Positions 26,954-41,583 of a stretch of 64,000 nt of DNA are shown one piece after another. Source of the stretch: the human T2T-CHM13v2.0 reference genome, Homo sapiens. The stretch is from assembly GCF_009914755.1 (NCBI RefSeq), contig NC_060927.1; one strand, 5' to 3'. The notes under the pieces are model-generated. The model ran no database searches, was not told the DNA's origin, and saw only the letters and a list, made by a program, of their open reading frames with translations. The stretch's first letter is position 1; the number at the start of each line of letters is the position of its first letter. The translations under genes and the position numbers were made by a program.

Positions 26954-27524
26954 TCATTATTGTACTTTTCAACAACAGAATTTCTAGTTTATTTTTATAA
27001 TTTCTCTTTATTGATAATCTGTATCTGATAAGACATTGTCATCATAGTTTCCTTTAATTTTTTAGATGTGATTTTCTTTGGTTCTTTGAACATATTTGTA
27101 ATTGTTGCTTTGAAGTCTTTGCTGAGTTCAACATCTAGACTCAGAAACAGTTTCTATTGCTTACTTGGTTTTCTGTGTATGAATGGGTTACACTTTCCTG
27201 TTGCTTTGCATGTCTCATAATTTTTTGTTGAAAACTGGACATTTTAAGGAATATATTGTACAACTTGTTATTGATTCTGTCCTCTTTCAGGGTTTGATAT
27301 TGTTGCTGTTGTTTGCTTGGTCATTTGTTTAGTGATGTGACTAAACTGACTCTAGCTAAACTGACTCTATGGAGTCTGTTTTCCCTGAAGTGTGTAACTT
27401 CTGATATCAGATTTTTTTCTTGTTTTAATTTTTTATCCTAGGGGTCACCCCTGGGTGAGAGATCAAAGGTCAACAATTGATGAAATCTTGTGCTTAAGCC
27501 TCTTTGACCAGTCAGATTTTTGCC

Positions 27525-27929
27525 CTTGAACTTTTGGCCTCAAGCAATCCTCCTGCCTTGGCCTCCCAAAGTGCTGGGATTACAGGTGTGAGGCACCATG
27601 CCTGGCCTTTTTGTAAATTCTAGAGAGGGTCTCACTATTTTGCCCAGGTTGGAGTGATCCACCCACCTCGGCCTCCCAAACTGCTGGGATTACAGGCATG
27701 AGCCACCGTGCCCGGCCGCCACCATTACACTTAATGGTGAAAAACTGAATGCTTTCCCCATAAAACTGTGTACGAAGCAAAGATATACTCTCACTATTGT
27801 TATTCAACATAGTAATGGAAGTTCTAGTCACTGCAATAAGGCAAATAAAATAAGAAAAAGAAATAAAAGGCATATAGATTAGAAAAGAAGAAATAAAACT
27901 ACATCTTTCTTTCTTTTTTTAATATTTAA
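27525..27929. repeat. Composite local duplication: direct copy of 25583-25715 fused to an inverted copy of 24925-25197
   Basis: Both segments include Alu/non-Alu or Alu/Alu junctions specific to the source; near-identical ORFs 24978..25253(+) and 27580..27873(-). Confidence 0.92.
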
Positions 27930-30900
27930 TGTATTGGATATGCACATGTTTTGGAGGCTGCTATCACAGTTCAAGGAGTTTACATTTTTGCCCCACATTC
28001 AGCCAGAAACTAGCAGGTTGGATTTTGATTGCTTCTGAGAGGTTGGAGCCTTGGGTATGTATAGAGTCTTCCAGGCAGCTAAGGATGTGTGTAATTTTGC
28101 TTTTAAGCCTGTTTGCCCCTGGGTCTGAGTAGCTTTATTGCTCCATCAGTGTTTGGCCAGAGGTTGTGCTGAGGTCTTTCGTACTGGTGAGGCTTCCTCA
28201 TTTTATTGATGGAGCCGTTTGTTGCTTGGGGAATGTTTTCAAATCTGCCTTACATCCTGCTCTGATTGCTCATGAGTGAATGTGGCCTAGTGCATGTCCA
28301 CAGCCTTCCTAATCCCTGGGGTTGACAGTGACCCCAAGAGGTATCTTCTTGGATATATTTTTCCCTGGAATAGAGCTTCAGCAACATGAACCTTTTCGAG
28401 GGTGGATGTTGAGAAACCTGGAGGTCTGCCTCTCTTGGGGTGAAATTGTAGTCTTAAACTGGAAACTGGGAAGAAAGGGGACCCCATCTTCTTGGCCATA
28501 CCTGCTGGGGGTAGAGCATCTGGAATAGCATTTTCATAAGACAGAGCTAGGGATGGGGGAGGGAATGAGTTGTTGTCCAAACACCACAGACTCTCACTGT
28601 TCTTACCAAGATTTAGTAGACTTTCTCGATTGAATATTTTTCCATTTGCTGTATGCCCTTAGGACAATTTCCAGAGACTTTAAATGATTGTTCATTATAA
28701 TTTCCTCTACTTAAGTTGTTTTATTGGAGAAAGTGTACACCAGCCCCTTCTCTCCACCATTCTAGAAGTCGTTTCCTAAGTTATTTTAAAATATACTGTA
28801 ACTCCTCAGTATAAAGCCAAATGTTCTTCCTTATCAATTCTTATTTACTCCATGCACAGCCCTAGGAATTTTCCTGGGTGGGTAACATGGACTCTGTCGT
28901 TAAGGATTTGTCCAGTGGAGTAAAAAGAAGCAAAACATCCTGAATTTGCTTCCCTGTATAAGCAGTGAGGGAGTCCTGCTGTGTGCTTAGGCCCTGGCCT
29001 GCTTCTGGGGCCTACACAGGGATAGGCCCTTTGTATTCAAGGAGCCAGAAGAAACCTCAGTGGGAGGCAAGCAAGCAGCTCATCATCAAGTAATTTGCTG
29101 TGTAATGTATGAATTGGGGATGAAATGGTGGGTCGATGATTCCCACGACAATGCTGTGTCAGTTCAGGAGGAGGAGAGAGAGGAGTTCAGAGGCAGATCC
29201 TGAATTGGCAGCCTGAGCCCAGGCCTTGAAGAACCAGGCCTTGAGCCTGGGCCTGGGGCTGGGATGTTGGCAGAGGAATGGGGGAGTGTTTAGGGAATGG
29301 GGGTCCAGGTGAGGAAGTCAGCGAAAGGATAATTATCTGTGGAGCGTGCAGGGGCTGTGAGGAGGCCAGCCTGGCTGGAAAGGAAGGCTGGACTAAGGGA
29401 TTTCCGTACATGAGGTTGAGTAGGGTGGTGAGACCAGAAGCCAAGGGCTTGGAATGTCAGGCTAAAGCATTTAGACTTGAGTCTAAAGGTGGCAGAGGAC
29501 CAGGTGCAGTGGCTTATGCCTGTAATCCTAACACTTTGGGAGACTGAGGTGGAAGGATCTTCTGCTCAAGCCAAACTCCATGGCTGGAGCACAGGATTTT
29601 GGGACCAGCATAGGCAACACAGTAAGACCCTGTCTCCACAAAGGTAAAAATAAAAATAAAAAAAATTAGTCGGTTGTGGTGAAGCGTGCCTGTAATCTCA
29701 GCTGCTCTGTAGGCTGAGACAGGAGGATTGCTTGAGCCAGGGAGGTCGAGGCTCTAGTGAGCTGCAGTCATGTCACTGCACTCCAGTCTGGGTGGCAGAG
29801 CAAGACCCCATCTCTAAAAAATAAATAAGTAAATAAAGGTGGCAGAGGAACCCTTGAAGATTGCTGAGGTTTGTTAAGGAAATTCTTCTGGCTCCTGTGT
29901 ATGGCATGCATGGAGGAGGGGAGCCTGTAGCCCTGGGAATGAGTGGAGGCTGTAGTCATAACCCAGAGGCCTCATCTTGGAGCCAGTGACAGAGGTGACT
30001 GAGACAGAAGAATGGCCCCCCAGGAATGAGGAAGGAGTAGGTGAGGAGCCATCCCCAAGGCTTAGTCAAGGCAGGGCAAGAAGCCCCAGTTTTTTATCCT
30101 TAGCTCCTGCGATATGGTCAGTGGCCAGTGGTAGATATCAGCTCTCTCAGAGAAACCCCTCTAGGGGAACAGACAGGAGAACTGGTTCTCCAAGAGGAAG
30201 GCAAGTAGGGAGTGCCCTGGGCTCCAGAGAAAGGCAGCTAGTGGCTTAGAAATATGGCCAGAAAAACTGGAGGGACAGAGTAAGTGGTCTGCAGTGCAGG
30301 TGGCAATCGTTAGAGCCACCTGGATGTCACATGTGAGACCTTCCCCTATAAGGTTGTGCAGGAGTTAAGGAGGTTCTTGTACTTCTGGGCGTGACAGCAT
30401 CCCATGTGCTCAGCTCTCCCTTCCTTTCCAAGGTTTCATGGGGTGTACCAGTGCCTGGAAGACTGGAGAGACCTGAATAAGAGCATGGCTTCTTTGAGGT
30501 TCGTCTTCTGAGTATAGCACCTCCCTCCAGTGCCAGCTTGTGGCTCTGTGTCTTGGCCAAAAAGTTGAGGGTGAAGCCAAGTCTGGCAAATAGAGCCCAA
30601 GGCTTGGGTGGGAGGACCAGGAGCTGATTTCTCTGGAGGCCGTCATTCTTACTGAAGCTGCTCCATGGTGTCGCTTTCAGAGTGAAGGCTGATTTTGAGT
30701 GTAACCTGGTTTATATCCAGTCTCAGAATGACACCAGAACAGTTTTCCAGTTTTTGTATGTATCACTAGCATGGTTTGCTTCTGAAGTATTTATTCTTTT
30801 ATTTTTCAAAAGGAGGTAGTTATTAGATTTCTGAAAACTGTAGGATTTGTTTAAATGAGTCACAGCATTTGGCTGAAATAGAGAGGACTCCATCTGTTGC

Positions 30901-32699
30901 TTTTGCGTGGTCCCCAGTTCTGTTCTATGACTGAGCTATAAGAGAAGCAGGAGAACTTGGTGTTCCCTGAGCTCACCATCACTGGCCCTGCCTGTCTGAC
31001 ACAAGCCTTGCCCTAGTAGAGATGTGGGAAAGTGGGCCCTGTTTCCTGAGAGCCTCTCTACTTGGGACCCCTTTAATTAGCCTACTGTGTTTGGGTGAGT
31101 TGGGGTAGGGGCTGGAGCCAAGGGCTCCTCATCCACTGAACTCCACCAGCTCTTTCCTTGGAGTGCCCTTGAGTTTGCCCCTTGGATCAGAAAGAGGAAC
31201 ATCCATTGCAGGGTGATTTCCTCAGGTCCTCTTGACCTGCTGTGCTCTGATGCTCTCCTCTGTGTCCCTGGGGCAGCAGGACAACTCATTCTGACTGAAT
31301 TCGCCCCAGGGCAACTGGCAGTGCCTCAGGTCAGGAAGGGTCATGGAGCATGAAACAATACAAGGGAAAGGGCACCAGCTTGGGGAAGGAGAGACCTAGG
31401 TACCAATCCTTGCTCTGCCTTGCTCTGCCTTATATGTGTCACTTCCTCTCTTTAAATTTTTTTTTTTTTTTTTTTAGCCAGAGTCTCACTCTGTCTCCCA
31501 GGCTGGAGTGCAATGACACTGTCTTGGCTCACTGCAACCTCCGCCTCCTGGGTTCAAGTGATTCTCTTGCCTCAGCCTCATGAAAAGCTGGGATTACAGG
31601 CACACACCACCACGCCCAGCTAATTTTTGTATTTTTAGTAGAGATGGGGTTTCACCATGTTGGCCAGGCTGGTCTTGAACTTCTGACCTCAAGTGATCCA
31701 TCCGCTTGGCCTCCCAAAGTGCTGGGATTACAGGCGTGAGCCACTGCAGCTGGCCCTCTCTTTAAATCTCAATTTCCTCGTCTAGACCTCCAGTGCAGTG
31801 CTGTTATGAGGATGATTAACTGATGGGTGTAAAATGTCTGTCGCATGCTAAGAAACGACCAGTTTCTGATCTTCTCCCATAGTCTGGCCTCCTCTCTTCT
31901 GCACACTCTGCCCCTTCTTCAGATCACGCTCATGGGCAGAGTGAAGGGAGAGGTGTGCTGTGAGTCAGGGCATGGCACGGAAGATGCTGACATCCCACGC
32001 AGCTCCCTGCAGTGTTGCTCCTGGCACTTCATGCTTGGCCAGCAGATTCAGCCTGACCCACTTGGCCATACCTGCCTCTCACTGGGCAGCTGGGGCCTGG
32101 TCTTCCACATCTGTGGCCAGGGCTGGGCCCCTCAAGTCATGCCCCTCCACTGCTGGCCCCTCAAGGACAACCAGCCTGGAAACTTGAGGGCCGCAGGTCC
32201 CACCCTGATGCCTTCCTGCTTTGCGCTAGGCCTGGGGAAAGCCTCTGAGCTGTCACAGGAAGTGTGCTTGCCTCTGTGACTCACCCACCTCTTGTTGGTG
32301 GTTGCTACCTGGCTACTGTGGAACCTAGGTAAACTGTTCCTCCTATGGGGCCAGTTGAAGTGGTGGTGAGCAGATGTCACCAGCCTTGCCCAATTCCTTC
32401 TTTGGTTCCTGACTTCTTAGGGTGTATCTTAGGAGTTGCCTGCTGAGGTTGCCACCCTAGGCAGTGTAGGCCTGTTAGATTATACCATGATTATTGAATG
32501 AGCAAATGACTGGAGCTTTGTCTAAGAGGGCCCTCATGTATGAGGAGTGCTGAGTAGACCCTATGGGTCAGGAAGAGGATGAAGGTCTGCAGGTTTGTGG
32601 GTGTGTTAGGTGAAGCCTACCTCATGGTAGGAACAAGGTGAGGATCTCTGCAGTCCATTAGAAGGGTTCTCTGATCTTACACGGGGATTCTCTCTTTCT

Positions 32700-33675
32700 C
32701 TGTGAATTCACATCATATAAAATTAACCAATTTAAAGTGAACAATCCAGTGGTATTTAATGCATTCACAATATTATGCAACCATCACCTCTATCTAGTTC
32801 CAAACCATTTTTGCCACCCCAAAAGAAAACCCCACACTCATTAAGCAGTTGCTCCCCATTTTCCCCTCCCCTTCTAACCACTAGTCTGCTTTCTGTCTCT
32901 ATGGATTTATCTATTTTGGATAGTTCATATAAATGGAATCATAAAATAGGTATCCTTTTGTGCCTGGCTTCTCTTACTTGGCCTAATGTTTTTAAGGTTC
33001 ATCCACATTGTAGTATGCATGTATCAGTACTTCATTGCTTTTGTTTTATCTTGTTTTGTTTTATTTATTGTGGTAAAATATATGTCACATAAAATGTACC
33101 TTTTTTTTTTCTTCTAAAGAGATGGGGTCTCACTATGTTACCCAGGTTGGCCTTCAACTCCTGGGCTCAAGTGATCCTCCTGCCTCAGCCTCCTGAGTAG
33201 CTGGGACTACAGGTACATGCCACTGTGCCCAGCTCAAAATGTGTCATTTTAACCATTTTTAGGTGTACAGTTCAGTGGTATTAGATACATTCACATTGTT
33301 GTTTAGCCATCACCACCATCCATCTCCAGAACTTTTTCATCATCCCAAACAGAAACTCTGTACCCATTGAACAGTAGTAACTCCCCATTTTCCCCCAGCT
33401 CATGATAACTACTGTTTTAGTTTCTATCTCTATGAATTTGACAATTCTAGGTACCTCGTGTAAGTGGAATTCTACAGTATTTGTCCTTTTGTGACTGGCA
33501 AATTTCACTTATCGTTTCTTGAAGGTTCATCCATATTGTAGCATGTATCAGAATTTCCTTCCTTTTAAGGGTCGAATAATACTCCATTGCATATATATAA
33601 CACATTTTTTTTACCCATTCATCTATCAGTGGACATGGTTGCTTTCACCTTTTGGCTAGTGTGAATGATGCATAG
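32700..33675 (-). mobile_element. Two L1MB/ME 3'-end fragments with a FLAM-like monomer (33100-33234)
   Basis: Typical antisense L1MB 3' UTR text (caccatccatctccagaactttttcatcatcccaaacagaaactctgtacccatt). Confidence 0.75.
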
Positions 33676-34269
33676 ATTCTTGAGTACTGCAACAGCCTGG
33701 TGGACAGCTGGAGCAGGGACATACATTTGAGCACTGGACAAGATGCTGAGGTTTCAGAATGGGTCCAGGAACACAGTCTGCTCCCATTTCCCAGGCCTCC
33801 CACACCTACATCCCCCACCCCTCCCCATATTTCCCCTGACTACACCCCTTCAGCCACACTGGCGTGCTTGCTGCTCCCTACCTGCAATCCACAACCCCGC
33901 CTCAAAGCCTAAGACCCTGTCATTTCTTCCTCTGGGATGTCCTTCCCAGGGCCTTGGCATGGCCTCTCCCAATATATTAATATTTGCAGGCTGGGCGCGG
34001 TAGCTCACGCCTGTAATCCCAGCACTTTGGGAGGCTGAGGTGGGCAGATCACCTGAGGTCAGGAGTTTGAGACCAGCTTGGCCAACATGGTGAAACCCCA
34101 TCTCTACTAAAAATACAAAAATTAGCCAGACATGGTGGTGGGTGCCTGTAATCATAGCTACTTGGGAGGCTGAGGCAGGAGAATTGCTTGAACCTGGGAG
34201 GTGGAGGTTGCAGTGGAGACCATGCCATTGCACTCCAGCCTGGGCAACAAGAGCGAAACTCTGTCTCAA

Positions 34270-35579
34270 AAAAATATATATATACATATATATACATATA
34301 TATTTTATATATTATATATTATATTATATATATATATTTATAAATATATATAATATATAAATATATATTTATAAATATATATTTAATATATAAATATATA
34401 TTTTATATATTTATATAATTTATATTTTATATTTATATATAATATATATTATATATATTATATAATATATATTATATATAATATATATTATATATTATAT
34501 ATAATATATATTATATATTATATAATATATATAATATATAATATATATTATATATATTTTATATAATATATATTATATATTATATATATTATATATATTT
34601 ATATATAATATATATTATATATTATATATATTTATATATAATATATATTATATATTATATATATTTATATATAATATATATTATATATTATATATATTTA
34701 TATATAATATATATTATATATTATATATAAATATAATATATATTACATATATGTAATATATATTATATATAATATATATTAAATATATGTAATATATATT
34801 ATATATAATATATATAAAATATATGTAATATATATTATATATAATATATATAAAATATATAACATATAAATGTATATAATATATAAATATATATAATATA
34901 TAAATATATATAAAAATATATATAATATATAATATATAAATATATTTATATATAAATATATTTTGTATAAATAGATATAAATATATATATTTATATATAA
35001 TATATTTATATCTATTTATATATAGATATAAATATATTTATATCTATATAAATAGATATAAATAGATATAAAAATCTATATATAAATATATATAAATATA
35101 TAATAAAATATATGTATTTATATAAATAAAAAATATATATTTATATATACATAGAAATATATATTTATATACATAATATATTATATTATATATAATTATA
35201 AATATATTATATAAAAATATATAATTTTTTATATATAACATATAATATATAATATATACGTATATATTATATATAAATATATATTATATATGTATATATT
35301 ATATATACGTATATATTATATATGTATATATTATATATACATATATTATATATGTATATATTATATATACATATATTATATATGTATATATTATATATAC
35401 ATATATTATATATGTATATATTATATATAAAATATATATAATATATATTAAAAATATATATTATATATATTAAAAATATATATAATATATATTAAAATAT
35501 ATATTATATATATTAAAATATATATATAATATATATTAAAAATATATATAATATATATTAAAAATATATATATATTTTT
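34270..35579. repeat. ~1.3-kb nearly pure A/T (TA)n-type tract extending an Alu tail
   Basis: Read directly; includes ~33-bp and 30-bp sub-repeats (atatattatatatgtatatattatatatac about x4 at 35310-35425). Confidence 0.97.
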
Positions 35580-37849
35580 GGCATGACTCTGCTCTGGTGT
35601 CTCCTTTTCAGAAGTGCCCCCTGACCCACCAGGGTAGTTTCTCTCCTTTCTCATTCATATTGTTCTTCTAAGCACCTATCATACTCTGAATGAATTGGAC
35701 TTACCTATTTGTCTTCTTGATCTTTGCTTATATCCTGCACCATAAGGCAAGTCCTATGAATTGAGTGGCCTTGTGTGCCTTGCTCACTACGAGGTAGCCA
35801 GCATCTGCAGTGCAGCCCAGTGCCAGGGACCGTGAAGCTCCCAGTGAGGACCTGACATGCAGTAAAGCCACACACTTGTGGTGCTCTGGCCACCATTGGA
35901 GCCCTGACCCCTTCCACCTCCCCCTTTTGTATTTGGATCTGTATTCACATCCTCCATCCCAGGTACCCCACTCTGTTCTCTGGAACTATCAAGCTACCTT
36001 GAGTCCCCAGCACCTTCCCCAGACATTCCTTCTGCTGGGTAAAAACCTGACCATGCCAAAATATTATTTGCAGGCTGGGCACGGTGGCTCACACCTGTAA
36101 TCCCAGCACTTTGGGAGGCCGAGGCGGGCGGATCACCTGAGGTCAGGAGTTGGAGACCAGCCTGGCCAACATGGTGAAACCCCATCTCTACTAAAAATAC
36201 AAAAATTAGCCGGACATGGTGGTGGGCGCCTCAGTTTGCAATATTCTCCTTACTCCCTCAGCAGGGCTGTGCAGACCCCCATGCACTTGCCTGATCATCT
36301 GGGCCAGCGGACCTTTGCATGAGCTTGGCTCTCAGACCCTGGTCTCTCCTCTTTTGTCAGACACAGGCCATACAGTTCTACCATTATCTCTCCCTTAGCA
36401 CTGCTGCCTGGACTTCTCATTACTTCCTACTACTCTGAAGATTTTGGCATCAGAATCCAGGCTTCCTGCCCACTCCACTTGTTGTCAAGCCAGGGAAGGA
36501 AGAAAGGGAGGAAGGCAAGGCTAATGTTTTTCTCAGTGCCTACTGGGCATTTGGCACTGTATTTCCTCATGCTGGGGTGGCCCTGGTCCCTCTGTTGGCT
36601 CAGTCTGGCCCAGGCATTCTGGGTGTGGTGATTCAGGGCTGGGCTAGTCCCTCAGAGCACTTGCCCTTCTCTTTGGGAGCAGGACTGCTTGGCAGTATAT
36701 TACTCATTAGTCAGTGGCTAGCAACGTGCCATGTAGGGTGTGATCACATATGCTGTCACATGCTCACACACACATGCACACAGTGCATGTGCACACTCAC
36801 GTGTGAGCACACACTACACACACATGCACGTGTGCACACAGTAGTTCATCACACTTTTTTCTCAGGTCTTAATCACCACTCTCAGGCAGATATTTCCTTT
36901 ATGACAGCATCTGTCTTGATGGAATTTAGGCCACAGTAGCTGAATTTAATGCTCTCAATGTGTGAACACACGTCAGGTAGGAACATGGGCATCCCTGAAT
37001 CTGTGCTCCCTAGATGCTGAGCCCTGGAAAGGGGAAGAGAGTAGAGGAGGGAGCTCCTGGTGGTCAGTATACCAGAGGGAGGGCCTCTTCTCGTCAAGGG
37101 TGGGTCCAGCCACCTGAAAGGGATTGATGGCTCCTTGGATGGGAGGTTTTGGCCTTAGGCCAGGCCTTCGTGGCTGTTACCCCACATCAGGCTGAACAGT
37201 GAGGGGGACTGAGAATCAATCTCTGAGGTGGGAGGGAAGAATGGGAGGAGGGTATGGAGGGATGGAGGTCCTCTCCTGCGGGAAGCCTCTCACTGGGTGG
37301 TCTCTGCCAGCGGGAGGCAATCTCCCCAAGTGGCCAATAGTGGAATTGTCCACAGGGAGAATCTAGAAATGAACCCCCAGCACCTTCCTGACTCTCACGG
37401 GCTGAGAGAGAAGGAAAGGCAGGAGCCAAAGTGCCACAGATAGGTATTAGATTTCTCCTTCTGAGTTAGACCCTTCAGAAGTGAAAAACAAGGAAACCAC
37501 AGAGGAAAGACTGCATAGTTGGCAAGAAAGGAAAACAGACCACCATCTATGTACATTTTTTTGCAACTAGGCTGACAGGCATGTGGAACCATGGACACGG
37601 TAATGTCAAAGGCTGGAAAGTGGTGGATGGCTTTCCTTTTTAAATGTCCTTTGATGTTGCAGTGGGTATTATTTAGAAGAGGAGATGTTTTTCCTGCTGG
37701 AATCTTGAGTCTCAGTTACTGTCTTGAGATGGCATTTTTAAATCAGTCTCAACGTCTTTCATAAGCCTTATAAAAAATTGCATTCAGGCTTGGCGTGGTG
37801 GCTCACGCCTATAATCCCAGCACTTTGGGAGGCTGAGGTGGGTGGATCA

Positions 37850-38101
<252 letters not shown>

Positions 38102-39715
38102 TCAATACGTCCTTAGCATCAGCCCTGTCTGGGCATTTAGCTTCATGCTGCATGCAGGTGAGGAGAGAGAGGGAGGCCAAAGGGGGCCCACAAGCACACA
38201 AGGAGCCCTCCTGCATGAGGCCATGAAAAGTCTGCAGGAAGGCATAGCAGATTTCTGGGAACTGAGGAATCTGGTGAGGGCCCATAGACGGCAGGATGCT
38301 TAAACCAGGTTTTGAAGGTTAAATTGACTTTTTTTTTTTTTTTTTTTTTTGAGACAGGGTCTCACTCTGTCACATAGACTGGATTGCAGAGCACAGTGGT
38401 GCAATCATAGCTTACTGCAACCTCAACCTCCTAGGCTCAAGGGATCCATTTGCCTCAGGCTCTCAAGAAGCTGAGACCACAGGCACATGCCACCATGCTT
38501 GGCTAATTTTTTTTTTTTTTTGTAGAGATGGGATCTTCCTATGTTGCCCAGGCTGGTTTCAAACTCCTAGGCACAAGCGATCCTCCCACCTCAGCCTCCC
38601 AAAGTGCTGGGACTATAGGTGTGAGCCACCACACGCTTGGCCTGAATTGGCTTTTAAGGAAACTGCCTTGTAGAAAGAGAATAGAGCATGAGCTGTTAGA
38701 AGTTGGGGTCAGATGAGGAGCCTCAGGTATCCCTGCCAACGGCACTGCAGGAAGAGGAAAAACTGCCTGGATAGGAGGAGCCACACGGTAGAGTGCTTTG
38801 AAGGCTGTGGGCAAGGGTGTCCAGGGTCGGGTGGTAACCCTGCATATGCTGCTGTGCCTGACATGCATATGGTGGGATTAGGTGGGAAGAGTGAGCACTT
38901 AGCACAATATAACTGGTATGAGCGTTCACACATGTGACTATGATTGTGGCAGCTACCACAGGAAAGCCAGGCCTTTTTCAAACAGGCTGTCTGAGTGAGA
39001 CTCCTAAGCAGGGCCTACTCTCATGTCTCTGTACCAGACTTCAGAGTCTTTTCTCCCCCAGACTTGTCTATCGTCAGCCTGGGATGCCCTTGCAGGCCCC
39101 GGGATTATTGCAGTGGGTCCTCTGTGTTCTATGCCCAGTGTGCCAGCCACCGCTACCACACAGAGCCTCTGCTTCTCTGATCAATCACCCGAGCCCGTGG
39201 GTCATTCAATCCACAAACATTCACTGAGCCCTGCTCTGGGCCAGGCCCTGTGCCAAACTCTGAGGACTCTGTGGTCACTGTGTGTAGAGGAAAGCCAGAT
39301 GGCCCACTTTTCTCTGGAACCACCCCTCTTCCCCATGGCTTCCTCCAGGGTTTTCTGAGACTCTGCCAGTCCACATTGATTTCTCCTTCTGGGAGCCCCC
39401 AGACCACTGACCCCTCCCACCAAACACACACATGCACGTTCAAGTTCCCATGCTTTTGTATGTGATAGATGGAGTTTTGTGTGTGAGAACACTTGCTTTG
39501 TATTCTTTTGATTGTAATAAATTTGAAATTGCAAGGCAAAGGTAGAGTTCAGAGGGTTTCATTCTTATTTTACTACCTGTTATTTCTAGGCGGGTGGATC
39601 ACCTGAGATCAGGAGTTCAAGATCTTCCTGGCCAACATGGCAAAACCCCATCTCTACTAAAAATACAAAAAATTAGCTGGGTGTGGTCGCTCAGGCCTGT
39701 AATCCCAGCTACTCA

Positions 39716-39820
<105 letters not shown>

Positions 39821-41304
39821 TCAAAAAAAAAAAAAAAAAAAAAAAAACAAGTAGGCCTGATTTCTGGACAGAGAAGTTTTTAACATGGGATGAATAGATA
39901 TTAGCTTGGTGTTTCTTTCTCCCACAAAATAGACAATAGGCATTGTTTTTTAATTCCACTGACTTCCCATTAGAAAGGTATTAAGGGGTCCCAGGCAGGG
40001 TTTCCCTGGAAGTCTCAAACAGGAGGCTCTGGGATGCCTCATACACTGGGATGTTTCTGGGGCCAGTCCAGTCCCCTGAGCACAGCAGATGTTCAGCAAA
40101 TTCATGCATGCATTTAGTGTCTGCATAGTGATGCAGACATTGGGTGATCTTGCCAACTGCATTGTTGGCCTGTATCTCTCTTCCTGTGCCTAGAGCAGGG
40201 CTGAGTGTGAAGTAGACCCTTAGCCATCTTTGTGGGCTAAAGATGTGTCCAGGCAGCCCCTAAGGGCAGGCTGAGTGCTGAGTCTCTCATCAGTATTGGG
40301 TCTGATGACTGGTCAGGAACTTGAGGTTTCTGGGTCAAAGTCCTGGCTTCTGCCCTGTTTGGGGCAGGACTATGGGAAGTGGCTTGCTTCCTCCCTAGTC
40401 ACAAAGGCTTGCAGTTTTCTCTTAGTTTGTCTTGACTTCCAGATTGTAGCAAAATTTTGAAGAGAGCTGACAAGCACAGCATTGTCCCCTTGGTAAAAGG
40501 CTGTAGTAGTAGGATTTGCAGTAGCTGGAACCTGGGAAAAGCTGGCTCAGCTTTATGTAATGACTTCAGTCTCCCGATTTGAGCTTCCTAGCTTTAGGAG
40601 CTGACCTAGGTCAGAACACTGTGATGCTGCACAACCCAAAGTTGTATCATGCGGGGTCCTAATGCAGGTGTCTATAAGCCTGGGGCTGGCTGGGGAGCAG
40701 GAGCCTCCGTGACTTGGGCTGCATCAGAACTCCTGGGCTATACTTGAGAGCCATGGTACTCCCAGAAGACGAGGTTGGGAAATGTGAAGAGGGCTGGCAC
40801 TGGGGCCAAAGCTCCTTAGAAGTCTGTGGAAAGGTGGTTGAGAATTTACCTGTCCAGTTAGACGTTCCCTCAGAAAGCTGAGCCTAGTAGGGGAACACAT
40901 GGAGATACCTGGTTGGCCTAGAACACTCTTAAAAAGTGCCCCAGTCACTGTAGACTGGAAAGGCCAGGAAGGTCTTAGTGCAGGAATGCACTGTGACTTC
41001 TCAGAGAAATGTCAATGTCTTGGGTTCTTTTGGTTTCCCAGGCCAGGGTCATCTGGAGAGTCTAGGAGATCATAGGGGGAGCTCCTCAAGGAGCTGCTGA
41101 CCTAGGTCTTGGCTCTGGGTAGTGACTCTGGCCTGGCCATCTGCCTGCCTTCTCTTCCCTCCCTCTATTTCTCTTGGCTCCCAGCATGGGCTCCCACCTG
41201 TCCTAGCTCCCCTAGGAATTTCCTGCTGATGAGCTATTACCCAAGTCTGATGACTAAGTAGGAAAAAAGACATTTTTTCCTTCCAAAAACTGCAAGAGGA
41301 ATAA

Positions 41305-41583
<279 letters not shown>

